Shown: positions 17,291-25,501 of the stretch, piece by piece
Numbering within the stretch: the first letter of the stretch is position 1
Layout of the letters: every line of letters starts with the position of its first letter
DNA from: a virus
Taxonomy: Duplodnaviria > Caudoviricetes
IMG/VR virus record: IMGVR_UViG_3300032295_002849
Span: 1-25,501 of that record
Strand: one strand, 5' to 3'
Length of the DNA stretch: 25,501 nucleotides
The notes under the pieces: model-generated
Told to the model about the DNA's origin: nothing
The model's database searches: none
What the model saw: only the letters and a program-made list of their open reading frames with translations
Program-made: the position numbers and the translations under genes

Positions 17291-19129
17291 TTATGAAAAA
17301 GTTACTGATTGGAAATTTTTAACAGAGACTCTAATATCCTTATTTGGGTATCTAATTTGATATACTTGTGAAGGTTGCGCGAAAATAGTATCATCAACAG
17401 GTTCTATTTGTTTTGTTTCTTCGTTAGAGTATGTCATTGATGTTTCCTCGGAAGAGTATTGACCACCAACTTCATTAAATGTGTCAATACCCGCAACTGT
17501 AAGAACTCCATTTGTATTTTGAATTAAACTTCTAACCTCAGATAAATACACATTTTGACCTAACTGTCTTGTTTGAGGATTTAAGTATGCTGATACTTTA
17601 TCTACAACACTTGCAATAACTTGCCCTGAATTTTGTGCGGAGTCTAGGACAATTGAGATATCCATACTTAAATCAATAACTTCTGCACTGAATATTGAAA
17701 TATAATCATTCATCATTCTATAGTTTGATAAATAATTGGCAATATTTTGTTTTAAGGTATTCGACACAACATTTGTAAGTTTTCCCGAAGTGTCATATGA
17801 CAATATTTGGATTAATATTTTATTGTCGTTTTCAGTTATGGAAACTTTTGCAGGTGCTCCGAATTGTGCAGGCATGTTTCTAATTAATGATTCGTAATCT
17901 TGAACCGTAACCGCTCTTTTTTGTGCTGCAAAATTAAATGAAACATAATTTCTAATTTCTTCTAATGATGGTATTCCTGCTCCTCCGACTGCCGCGGTCA
18001 CATTAACACAGCTTAATGAATTAACTACCGATGAATTTGTTGTTTCTGAAGGTCCATTAACGAAAAATGAGACAGTACCCAATTGGTTAATAACATTTGT
18101 ACCTAAATTTGTTGCCAATCCTCCACCTACTCTATATTGAATAAACAATGTCTAATTAGGAGTTAAGGTTGAACCTAACGAAAAGTTGTTTGAATATTTT
18201 TGTAATTCTAATGTTGTCCCTAAAGTTGTAAATTGATTTAATTGGTCTTGAGCGGTATTCGTTCCACCTCCAAATGTCATTTTCTTAAACCCTTCAGGTG
18301 TATATTCAGTAATAAATCTATTTTGAGTTTGAATGTATTTTCCCACTTTAATTCCAGGTTGGTCAGACACTTTTGTTGGGTCTTCAATGAACACTCTATC
18401 TTCCGCCAAAGCATCTACTTCATACCATCTATTTTCTAACCCCACAAACTCAGCAACTGTCGGTATATTAGTATAGCTAGTTCCATTTTTTAGTAAAACA
18501 CTTGTAATACCTAAAACATTTTTTTCAGGTAAAAATAATTCAAAAAATGGTTTAACATCATTAGCTCCGATTACTCGTTTGAACACCTTAGTAATACCAT
18601 TAACTACAATTTCTCTTTTAGTTATCGTATAGTTAATTAATATATTGTTTGCATTGAAATTTGGTATTTTCAATCTATTTGGAAATCCTTGAGCGTTATA
18701 TGGTGACGCAAAATCAATATCATAAACATTCTCAAAAACAATACCTGCTCCAACAACTTGGGAACCTCTTGCCAATGTTCCAAGATATCGTTCATCTTCT
18801 TTATCCCCAAAAACAGGAACCGTTATAGAATAATCAACTAATGCCACTGACGGCCTTTGACCCGGTAATTTTAAACCGTAAGTTCTGGCGATATTATAAA
18901 TTGACGACCTTTGTTGTGCGTATTGTAATACGGTCTCTTGAATACTTCGGTCAATATTATAATGTAAATTATCCGCAACCGCGGCATTCAAATCAAGAAA
19001 TACCGAGAAAATCGAAGCATCATTAAAATCCTGTATCAAATCAGGATAATAAGTTCGGGCGTAATTTAATAAATCGGCTCTTATCGATTGGTAATCTCTA
19101 CTACTATATGATATTCTATTATTTGCCAT
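17291..19129 (-). CDS. Baseplate wedge subunit, T4 gp6/baseplate J-like (612 codons), interrupted by one in-frame TAG at 18152-18154
   Basis: The N-half (SRDYQSIRADLLNY...DFNDASIFSVFLDLNA...YNIDRSIQE...AQQRSSIYNIARTYG) and C-half (YRVGGG...N, SLEEIRNY...AQKRAVTVQDYE) are gp6-family motifs. The two track ORFs (18152..19129 and 17291..18148) share a frame: CCT AAT TAG ACA TTG TTT ATT CAA TAT AGA. Confidence 0.85.
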
Positions 19130-19134
19130 ACTAT

Positions 19135-19605
19135 TTAAATATTAATGATAACAAAATCACTCTGACCGAATGTTGAACCATTGGTAGAATAATCTATTCT
19201 AATTTTTGCGGTATATTCTGATGTTCCTTTACCGGGAAATCTATATATTGAAGATTCGCTACTACCAACAATATTTTGTCCGGTTGCGATATCAATTTCT
19301 TCTTGTGGGTCTGCAGGTGTAATTGATAAATTATTAACTATTAAGTTTGGCATAAAATTCTCAATTGCATCTCGTATATCAGATTCAAGGGCATTAAAAG
19401 TCAAGTTGTCAAATGGTTCAAATAAAAATTCATATAACCTTGTCCCAAATTCAGGGAGAAAGTATCTTGAACCCTTTCGAGTTAATAATAAATGAATTAA
19501 GTCAGCCTTAATTTCTTCTGATTGCAGTTCCGTTAATTGGAGGTAATTCCCTTTTACGGAATCCCTAAACGGAAAATTAATACCATATGTTACACCATTT
19601 GCCAT
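19135..19605 (-). CDS. Baseplate wedge protein, T4 gp25/GPW-like (156 aa)
   Basis: GINFPF...EEIKADLIHLLLTRKGSRYFLPEFGTRLYEFLFEP...IRDAIENFMP is the gp25-family pattern (L.T..GER...P.FG..L...LFEP). Sits directly before the gp6-like gene. Confidence 0.9.
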   Translation of the reverse strand: MANGVTYGINFPFRDSVKGNYLQLTELQSEEIKADLIHLLLTRKGSRYFLPEFGTRLYEFLFEPFDNLTFNALESDIRDAIENFMPNLIVNNLSITPADPQEEIDIATGQNIVGSSESSIYRFPGKGTSEYTAKIRIDYSTNGSTFGQSDFVIINI

Positions 19606-19608
19606 AAT

Positions 19609-19616
19609 TATAAATA
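19609..19616 (-). promoter_or_regulatory. TATTTATA motif, proximal copy
   Basis: Minus strand reads TATTTATA-ATT-ATG, 3 nt before the gp25-like start. Confidence 0.6.
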
Positions 19617-19635
19617 TATAGTTCTATTTTTTTCT

Positions 19636-19643
19636 TATAAATA
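19636..19643 (-). promoter_or_regulatory. TATTTATA motif, distal copy
   Basis: Immediately after the nrdA terminator U-tract; 27 bp from the proximal copy. Confidence 0.55.
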
Positions 19644-19646
19644 GAT

Positions 19647-19681
19647 AAAAAAAGAAAATCCCAACTAATTGTTGGGATTTT
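19647..19681 (-). terminator. Rho-independent terminator after nrdA, possibly bidirectional
   Basis: Perfect 11-bp stem AAAATCCCAAC/GTTGGGATTTT with a 5-nt loop (19655-19681), followed on the minus strand by CTTTTTTT. Begins 4 nt after the nrdA stop. A T-rich tract also follows on the plus strand. Confidence 0.85.
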
Positions 19682-19685
19682 TATT

Positions 19686-22106
19686 TTAAGATGAACAACC
19701 AAAACATTCAAATTGACTATCTTCAGGTTTGTTAATCACTTCAGATATTTCAACCTTTGGAGTTTCAGGTTTAATTTTGGGTTGTTGTATTTTTGATACG
19801 TCTACCGCCAAATGTTTTGCACCTGTTGATATTGCCTTAGTTCTAACATAGTAACACAAAGTCTTCAATCCTTTCGACCACGAATGGAAGTGAGATGATG
19901 TAATTTTTGATAATGTTGGATTTGACATATAAATATTCATTGACTGTGATTGGTCAATAAATGGTGCTCTGTCTGCAGCCATATCAATCAACTCTCTCTG
20001 AGATATTTCCCATATAGTTTTATATTTGTTAATCAAATGCTCGGTTCTTTTAACTTTTTTGGTATAATTTTTGTCTTCAGGGTCAAGATAATTATTGAAG
20101 TTAATATTTTGAATTGACCCTTCATTCATGATAATTTCATTTTTTAAATCTTCGTTCCAAATACCAATCTTTTCAAAATCGGTAATTAAATACTTGTTTA
20201 CAATTAAAATCTCCCCACCAACAACACGCCTATTAAATAATGCCGAGTGAGCCGGTTCAGTCATTTCAAATGAACCTGTAATCTTAGCTGAAGACGCAAC
20301 CGGCATTTGTGCCGTGAATAAAGAGTTACACACCCCATATTTTTTAACATCTTCTTTCAATGAACTCCAATCTAAAAATAATTCAGATTCAGTCAATCCC
20401 CACATATCAAATTGTAATACACCTTTTGACATCGGAGAACCTTCGAAATATTTGTAAGGTGTTCTAACTCCTGATTTACACAATTCCATACTTTCAGTTA
20501 CCGCCGCAAAATATATTGCCTCAAATATATTTTTATTCAACATTCTCGCTTCCTCTGATGTGAAAATGTAATCCATCAAATAAAATACATCCGCCAATCC
20601 TTGGGTTCCAATTGCAATTGCTCTTTGTTCTAATCCACCTTTCAATCCTTTTTCAGTTGAATATGTGTTCTTATCTACCACATTATTCAAAGCTCTTACA
20701 ACTTTTCTAACTTCACCAATCAAAAGATTATAATCAAATTTACCATCTTTAATGAAGTTTTTCAACACGATTGATGACAATGTGCATATTGCCGTGGTTT
20801 CTTCGTCTGTAAACTGATAAATCTCATTACAGAGGTTAGATTGTTTGATAACACCAATGTTTTGGTGATTTGTTTTTCTATTTGCACTGTCTTTAGAACA
20901 TAAGTAAGGAACTCCCGTTTCGATTTGAGATTCAACAATTTTTGTCCAAATGTCTTGTGCTTTAATTTTCTTACCAAGACCCATCTCAACCGCTTTGTTA
21001 TAGTTTGATTCATATTCCTCACCATAACACTCTTGAAGTGGTTTAATTCCCGCCTTGATGATGTCATTAGGGCAGAATAAATACCAATCACCATTGTCCT
21101 TAACCGCGTTCATAAAGTTATCCGGAATCCATATTGCGGTGAACAAATCTCTTGCTCTCAATTCTTCAGCACCTGTGTTTTTCTTAATTTCTAGTAAGTC
21201 TATGATATCTTTGTGCCATGGTTCCAAATAAATGGCGGCACTACCAGGTCTCCTACCTTGTTGATTGAAGAATCTTAGAGACTCGTTAACAATTTTCAAA
21301 TACTTTAATAGTCCTCCGGCGAATCCTCCTGAAGTATTAATTCTACTTTCCTTACTTCTAATGTTAGACATTGACAATCCAATACCCGCAGCGTCTGAAG
21401 AATATGTTGAAATATCATTCAAAGTATCCAACAATCCATTACGAGAATCTGAATTATTATAGTGTAATACACATGATGCCAATTGAGGAACTTTGGTTCC
21501 CGAGTTAATCATGATTGGTGTTGCCGGTGATATCAATTGAGTTGACAATGACTTATAATAATCCATAGCTTCTTCATAGGTGTTTGTTACCCACAAAGCA
21601 ACTCTCATATACATATGTTGAGGTCTTTCTACCACTTTACCTTCAGGTGTTTTTAACAAATACATCTCCTGTAATGACCTCCAAGCGAAGTAATCAAAAT
21701 TATAATCATTTTCATGATTAATCGCCTCGTCAATTTTCTCCGGTCCATAATTTTTAATAACATCGATTAGTTTTTCGTTAACGACACCCAAATCATATAA
21801 TTCCATCATGGTTTCCGAAAAACTATCTTTAGTTTCCTTATGATACGCTGAAATAGCAACTGATGATGCGAGTCTTGAGTAGTCGTGGTGACTACCCGTA
21901 TATGCCGCGGCAATTTCATAAACAAGTTTATCCAATTCTTTAGTGGTAATCAAACCTTCAGTTGGAACTGAAGTTATTACTTTTATAAAAATCTCGTCAG
22001 AATTAACACTCAATCCTTTCGAAGCTCTTTTAATTCTGTTGTAAATTTTTTGTGGGTTAAACGGCGCATCGTCTCCACCTCTTTTTTTAATTCTTAATGA
22101 CATCAT
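19686..22106 (-). CDS. nrdA: Ribonucleoside-diphosphate reductase class Ia alpha subunit with N-terminal ATP cone (806 aa)
   Basis: IKKRGG...KIYNRI ATP cone; ERPQHMYMRVA; SPATP; QLASC; QSNLCNEI (catalytic Cys/Glu); AICTL; MPVASS; DQSQS; KTLCYY (Tyr pair); C-terminal CFGC. Confidence 0.97.
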   Translation of the reverse strand: MMSLRIKKRGGDDAPFNPQKIYNRIKRASKGLSVNSDEIFIKVITSVPTEGLITTKELDKLVYEIAAAYTGSHHDYSRLASSVAISAYHKETKDSFSETMMELYDLGVVNEKLIDVIKNYGPEKIDEAINHENDYNFDYFAWRSLQEMYLLKTPEGKVVERPQHMYMRVALWVTNTYEEAMDYYKSLSTQLISPATPIMINSGTKVPQLASCVLHYNNSDSRNGLLDTLNDISTYSSDAAGIGLSMSNIRSKESRINTSGGFAGGLLKYLKIVNESLRFFNQQGRRPGSAAIYLEPWHKDIIDLLEIKKNTGAEELRARDLFTAIWIPDNFMNAVKDNGDWYLFCPNDIIKAGIKPLQECYGEEYESNYNKAVEMGLGKKIKAQDIWTKIVESQIETGVPYLCSKDSANRKTNHQNIGVIKQSNLCNEIYQFTDEETTAICTLSSIVLKNFIKDGKFDYNLLIGEVRKVVRALNNVVDKNTYSTEKGLKGGLEQRAIAIGTQGLADVFYLMDYIFTSEEARMLNKNIFEAIYFAAVTESMELCKSGVRTPYKYFEGSPMSKGVLQFDMWGLTESELFLDWSSLKEDVKKYGVCNSLFTAQMPVASSAKITGSFEMTEPAHSALFNRRVVGGEILIVNKYLITDFEKIGIWNEDLKNEIIMNEGSIQNINFNNYLDPEDKNYTKKVKRTEHLINKYKTIWEISQRELIDMAADRAPFIDQSQSMNIYMSNPTLSKITSSHFHSWSKGLKTLCYYVRTKAISTGAKHLAVDVSKIQQPKIKPETPKVEISEVINKPEDSQFECFGCSS

Positions 22107-22120
22107 AATTTATGTTTTGT

Positions 22121-23068
22121 TTAGAAATCTTCTGTAAATGTAATAGTTTCGTTCAATTTTGCTTTTTGGTATTCCATAGTTCTTGATTCAAAGAAATTAC
22201 CTTTAGTTTCAACCGCGATTTGTTCCATGAACTTAAATGGTTGTTCAACATTAAATTCTTTTTTACAACCAAGTTTAACCAAAAGTCCATCAACAACAAA
22301 CTCAAGATATTGTTTCATCAAGTTTGAATTCATCCCAATAAGTGAAACTGGTAAAGATTCTGTAATAAATTCTTTTTCAATTTCTAACGCTGATAATAAA
22401 ATTTCTTTGATTCTCTTTTCACTTGGTTTATCCTCGATATGATTGTTCAATAAATGAATCGCGAAATCACAATGTAAGTTCTCATCCTTAAAAATCAATG
22501 AATTAGCATTACACAAACCTTGCATAAGTCCTCTTGATTTTAACCAAAAAATTGAACAGAATGACCCTGAAAAGAAGATACCTTCAACTGCCGCAAATGC
22601 TACCAATCGTTCTTGGAATGACGCGTCTTTAATCCAATTCAAAGCCCAATTAGCTTTCTTTTGAACTGCAGGTAATCTATCGATTGCGTGGAAACATTCA
22701 TCTTTTTCTTTTGGATTTGAAACATAAGTGTCAATCAATAATGAATACATCAATCCGTGTATGTTTTCCATCATTAATTGGAATCCGTAGAAAAATTTAG
22801 CTTCCGGATATTGAACTTCTTTTAGGAAGTTTTCCGCCAAGTTCTCATTGACAATACCATCCGATGCCGCGAAGAATGACAATACATTCTTAACGAAATA
22901 CTTTTCATTATCCGATAAATTTTCCCAATCACGAATGTCATTGGTTAAGTCTACTTCTTCCGCAGTCCAAAAAGCGGCTTGATGTTGTTTATAAAATTCC
23001 CAGATATCGTTGTGCTCTATCGGGAATATAACAAACCTGTTAGGGTTTTCTACTAATATTTTTTCCAT
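22121..23068 (-). CDS. nrdB: Ribonucleoside-diphosphate reductase class Ia beta subunit (315 aa)
   Basis: [30 protein letters not shown] (ExxH plus radical Tyr), [25 protein letters not shown]. Confidence 0.97.
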   Translation of the reverse strand: MEKILVENPNRFVIFPIEHNDIWEFYKQHQAAFWTAEEVDLTNDIRDWENLSDNEKYFVKNVLSFFAASDGIVNENLAENFLKEVQYPEAKFFYGFQLMMENIHGLMYSLLIDTYVSNPKEKDECFHAIDRLPAVQKKANWALNWIKDASFQERLVAFAAVEGIFFSGSFCSIFWLKSRGLMQGLCNANSLIFKDENLHCDFAIHLLNNHIEDKPSEKRIKEILLSALEIEKEFITESLPVSLIGMNSNLMKQYLEFVVDGLLVKLGCKKEFNVEQPFKFMEQIAVETKGNFFESRTMEYQKAKLNETITFTEDF

Positions 23069-23076
23069 ATTTTTTT

Positions 23077-24453
23077 TTAATTTTGTTGTTGTTCTCTTAA
23101 TTTTCTTTTTTCTAATAATTCTTTAACTCTATCTCTTTTTCTCTCCTCTTGTTGTTCTTCAAATCCCAAGAATGTTACCGAACTTTCGGTATCAATCTCA
23201 AGTAATTCATTGTTGAATTTACAATTCTCAAATACAACACCATCCTTACCCAATCTTGATTTGGTAATTGCAATTGTTGCCAAATTCATTTCTTTTTGTT
23301 GCAATGTTTTAGCAACAGATATAATAACATGCCCAACTTGAGCCTTCTTAATTGACCCTCCCATTTGGTCTGTAGTTACAACCTCAGATGAGATTGAACT
23401 TCTATTACCTTGGGTTGCCGTCCAACCAACCAAATTAAGTTCGTGACACATAGCCTCAAACCCTCTCATAACCGAACCCTCAGCTTTCCACTCATCTTTA
23501 CTACTACTTTCAGGAACCACACAATCAATATAGTCTAATAAAACCAAATCAATTTTTGTTCCGTCGGCAATCATTTTTCTAAGTTGATTCTTAATCTGAT
23601 TCATAGTGACAGAATCTGATGGTAATTTTTTCAAGATTAACTCATTTTTCATAGTTTCTTTAATCTCGGTAATTTTACCCATAACCTCTTCTTTATGTTG
23701 AACCAAGTTATCCGGTTCAATACCAGTCCAAAGGGTAAAATGTTTTCTTTGAACGATTTTAGGGTTATCCTCAAAAAATATTTGGATAACATTATAACCA
23801 AGATTAAATGCGGTGTTTGCAATTTTGGTTAAGATGGTTGTTTTTCCAACACCGGTCGGAGCGAGTATCACCCCAATCTCACCTTTCGCCAACCCACCTT
23901 TTAACAACTTGTCAATACCCGGAATACCCATCGGAATCGGGTGTCTAAAATCCTCATCCAAAACGGTGTCAAGGTTGGAGAATATGTCAGTCAATCCGGT
24001 TTCTCTTTCCCCAACTTGTAACGCTTCTCGAACCAACCCTTCAACTTTATCATACGATTCAAAATCACCTTCTGTGATGATTTTTTGAGCCTTATCCATT
24101 GCCTTTTGAAGTTCCTGTTGTTTACAGAACTTCAAAGCCTTTTCTTGAACAAATTGGGTTCCTTCAAATGGAGCATCTTTAACTTGTGTTATGGTATCAA
24201 GAACGATTTTAGCAACCAGTTCTTGTGAAATTTCAGATTTAACGATTTGCTCAAGAGTATCGAAATTAGGTGTTGATTGGTATTTTACATAATACTCTTT
24301 AACCATCTGCAAGATGATTTTAAAGTATTTGTTGTCAAAGTAAGAACTTTCAATGACATCCATAATGGTCATTGAGAATTCCTTATCTACTATGATTTGG
24401 TTTAAAAGTTGTAATTGAAATGTATTTCCTAAATAATCAAAATTCTTGTTCAT
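23077..24453 (-). CDS. Replicative DNA helicase, DnaB/T4 gp41-like SF4 (458 aa)
   Basis: [14 protein letters not shown], Walker [10 protein letters not shown], Walker [21 protein letters not shown], and a charged C-terminal helix. Confidence 0.92.
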   Translation of the reverse strand: MNKNFDYLGNTFQLQLLNQIIVDKEFSMTIMDVIESSYFDNKYFKIILQMVKEYYVKYQSTPNFDTLEQIVKSEISQELVAKIVLDTITQVKDAPFEGTQFVQEKALKFCKQQELQKAMDKAQKIITEGDFESYDKVEGLVREALQVGERETGLTDIFSNLDTVLDEDFRHPIPMGIPGIDKLLKGGLAKGEIGVILAPTGVGKTTILTKIANTAFNLGYNVIQIFFEDNPKIVQRKHFTLWTGIEPDNLVQHKEEVMGKITEIKETMKNELILKKLPSDSVTMNQIKNQLRKMIADGTKIDLVLLDYIDCVVPESSSKDEWKAEGSVMRGFEAMCHELNLVGWTATQGNRSSISSEVVTTDQMGGSIKKAQVGHVIISVAKTLQQKEMNLATIAITKSRLGKDGVVFENCKFNNELLEIDTESSVTFLGFEEQQEERKRDRVKELLEKRKLREQQQN

Positions 24454-24488
24454 ATGTTCTTTGTAAGTTTCCTTGTTTTATTAAATAG

Positions 24489-24941
24489 TTACTTACTCAA
24501 ATCAATTCCCAAATAATTAAAACTTAATTTTTTTGTTGAGAAGATGTCAGTCAAATCTCGGAGCGCATCTTTTAATATTGGTCGTATATCGACAGTATAA
24601 CGAACTTTTGGTGGAAATAATTTTCCGTCCAAAATTCTATGACAAATTGTCTGCTCTCCAATTTTAATATACATATTGAAGATTTCCGGGCCGTCGGTAA
24701 ACGATGTATTCATAATAGTTGGGTCATTTGATATGGAATCTTGATTGTCCATCATATAAGTAACCGTTTTCATTTTCAATAGATATTGAAGTTCTTCTTT
24801 AAAACTTTTCATAAAGTAATAGAACTCCAATGAATTTTTTGCTTTAGGATTATATCCTCTAACATTAAAAAACCTTTGAACTACAATATTATCATTTAGT
24901 GTTAATAAAAATTCAATTTTTGTGCTTTCTTGTTCTTTCAT
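24489..24941 (-). CDS. Hypothetical protein (150 aa) in the replication block
   Basis: ATG to TAA, starting 3 nt after the exonuclease stop. No recognised motif. Confidence 0.75.
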   Translation of the reverse strand: MKEQESTKIEFLLTLNDNIVVQRFFNVRGYNPKAKNSLEFYYFMKSFKEELQYLLKMKTVTYMMDNQDSISNDPTIMNTSFTDGPEIFNMYIKIGEQTICHRILDGKLFPPKVRYTVDIRPILKDALRDLTDIFSTKKLSFNYLGIDLSK

Positions 24942-24944
24942 AAA

Positions 24945-25501
24945 TTAATTTTTTTGTGTGTTTCTTTTTTCTTTTCTTGTTAATTTCATAAATGGTTTGA
25001 GGAAGTTAACCCAAGCCTCGTCGTCTTTTGGGAGATACTTAAAGAGACCATCCTCCATCATCATTCTCATTAAGTTTTTATATCCCCTATCGGTAGGGTC
25101 TATCGCGTCTGTTAAAATCTGTTCTACTAAGTCTTTTCCATCATCTGTAATTAGGGGGTTTTTAAGGTCAACAATTTTTTTGTTCGTATTATAGAACTCT
25201 TCTCCAAGTATAGACAATTTTGTCTTACCGGTCAAAATATTATTTAGAGTTTTAATAGGTTTCTTTTGCTCGATATTTCGGGCGTAGTCCAAGATTTCTT
25301 CGATAGTGCATGGTTTCTCCTGCACTTGAGGGAAATATTTAATCAATGTTTTTTCCCCCAATCCTTCAATACCATAAATGTTATCGGATTTGTCACCAGT
25401 AAAGATTTTGGTTAACAATACATTATAGTGGGGAATGTCAACCTTGTTAATGGTTATCATATCCCCATTCTTATAATATTGTTTTGAAATTGGCGAGTAA
25501 A
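24945..25501 (-). CDS. 5'-3' exonuclease/flap endonuclease (T4 RNase H / T5 D15 / PolI 5'-nuclease family), C-terminal part; 5' end is outside the window
   Basis: Helix-3-turn-helix motif GDKSDNIYGIEGLGEKT. The frame stays open upstream of the track's ATG at 25460 (YSPISKQYYKNGD-M) to the window edge. No polymerase domain follows, so it is a stand-alone nuclease. Confidence 0.9.
   Translation of the reverse strand, partial: YSPISKQYYKNGDMITINKVDIPHYNVLLTKIFTGDKSDNIYGIEGLGEKTLIKYFPQVQEKPCTIEEILDYARNIEQKKPIKTLNNILTGKTKLSILGEEFYNTNKKIVDLKNPLITDDGKDLVEQILTDAIDPTDRGYKNLMRMMMEDGLFKYLPKDDEAWVNFLKPFMKLTRKEKRNTQKN

Noticed and set aside
12346-19129. Genome-wide TAG-to-Gln recoding (genetic code 15)
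   Set aside because: All other long genes are uninterrupted under code 11, and the TAG at 12346-48 behaves as a normal coupled stop. Only a site-specific event remains plausible.
2192-19643. TATTTATA as an archaeal or eukaryotic TATA box, i.e. an archaeal virus or NCLDV origin
   Set aside because: Three copies are only 3-4 nt from the ATG, too close for TBP-type spacing. The gp25/gp6 baseplate genes, DnaB-like helicase, coupled operons and intrinsic terminator fit a bacteriophage.
19686-24453. Intron or intein in nrdA, nrdB or the helicase, which are common insertion targets in phages
   Set aside because: All three are continuous and of ordinary length, with no splicing or homing-endonuclease motifs.
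5305-25194. Other short track ORFs (5305, 7710, 8174, 9138, 9875, 13395, 14139, 14751, 18242, 18841, 20762, 21265, 22227, 23813, 24958)
   Set aside because: All lie inside or almost wholly overlap longer, well-supported genes, on the opposite strand or in another frame, and show no recognisable motifs.

Overview
AT-rich (roughly one-third GC) segment of a large contractile-tailed (myovirus-like) bacteriophage genome, probably infecting a Bacteroidota/Flavobacterium-like host. That host call is an inference from the RNR type, the SprB-like repeats and the lack of Shine-Dalgarno sites. All credible genes are on the minus strand. Reading right to left, a DNA-metabolism block (5'-3' flap exonuclease, 150-aa hypothetical, DnaB/gp41-like helicase, nrdB, nrdA) ends at an intrinsic terminator. 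A ~19.6-kb baseplate/tail block follows: gp25-like, gp6-like, a 1617-aa protein, three hypotheticals, a PKD-domain protein, a gp7-like wedge protein, an SprB-repeat protein, a Pro/Thr-linker protein and a truncated Gly-Ser-Ser-repeat fibre protein missing from the ORF track. Main oddities: (1) the gp6-like baseplate gene is one reading frame split by a single in-frame TAG; (2) a TATTTATA motif, the reverse complement of the T4 late promoter, lies on the coding strand in every long intergenic gap, often 3-4 nt from an ATG and usually behind a hairpin; (3) host-type SprB adhesin repeats occur in the tail module; (4) a membrane-spanning-like segment sits inside a presumed virion protein; (5) no GATC site was found. 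No tRNA, rRNA, CRISPR array or mobile element was seen.
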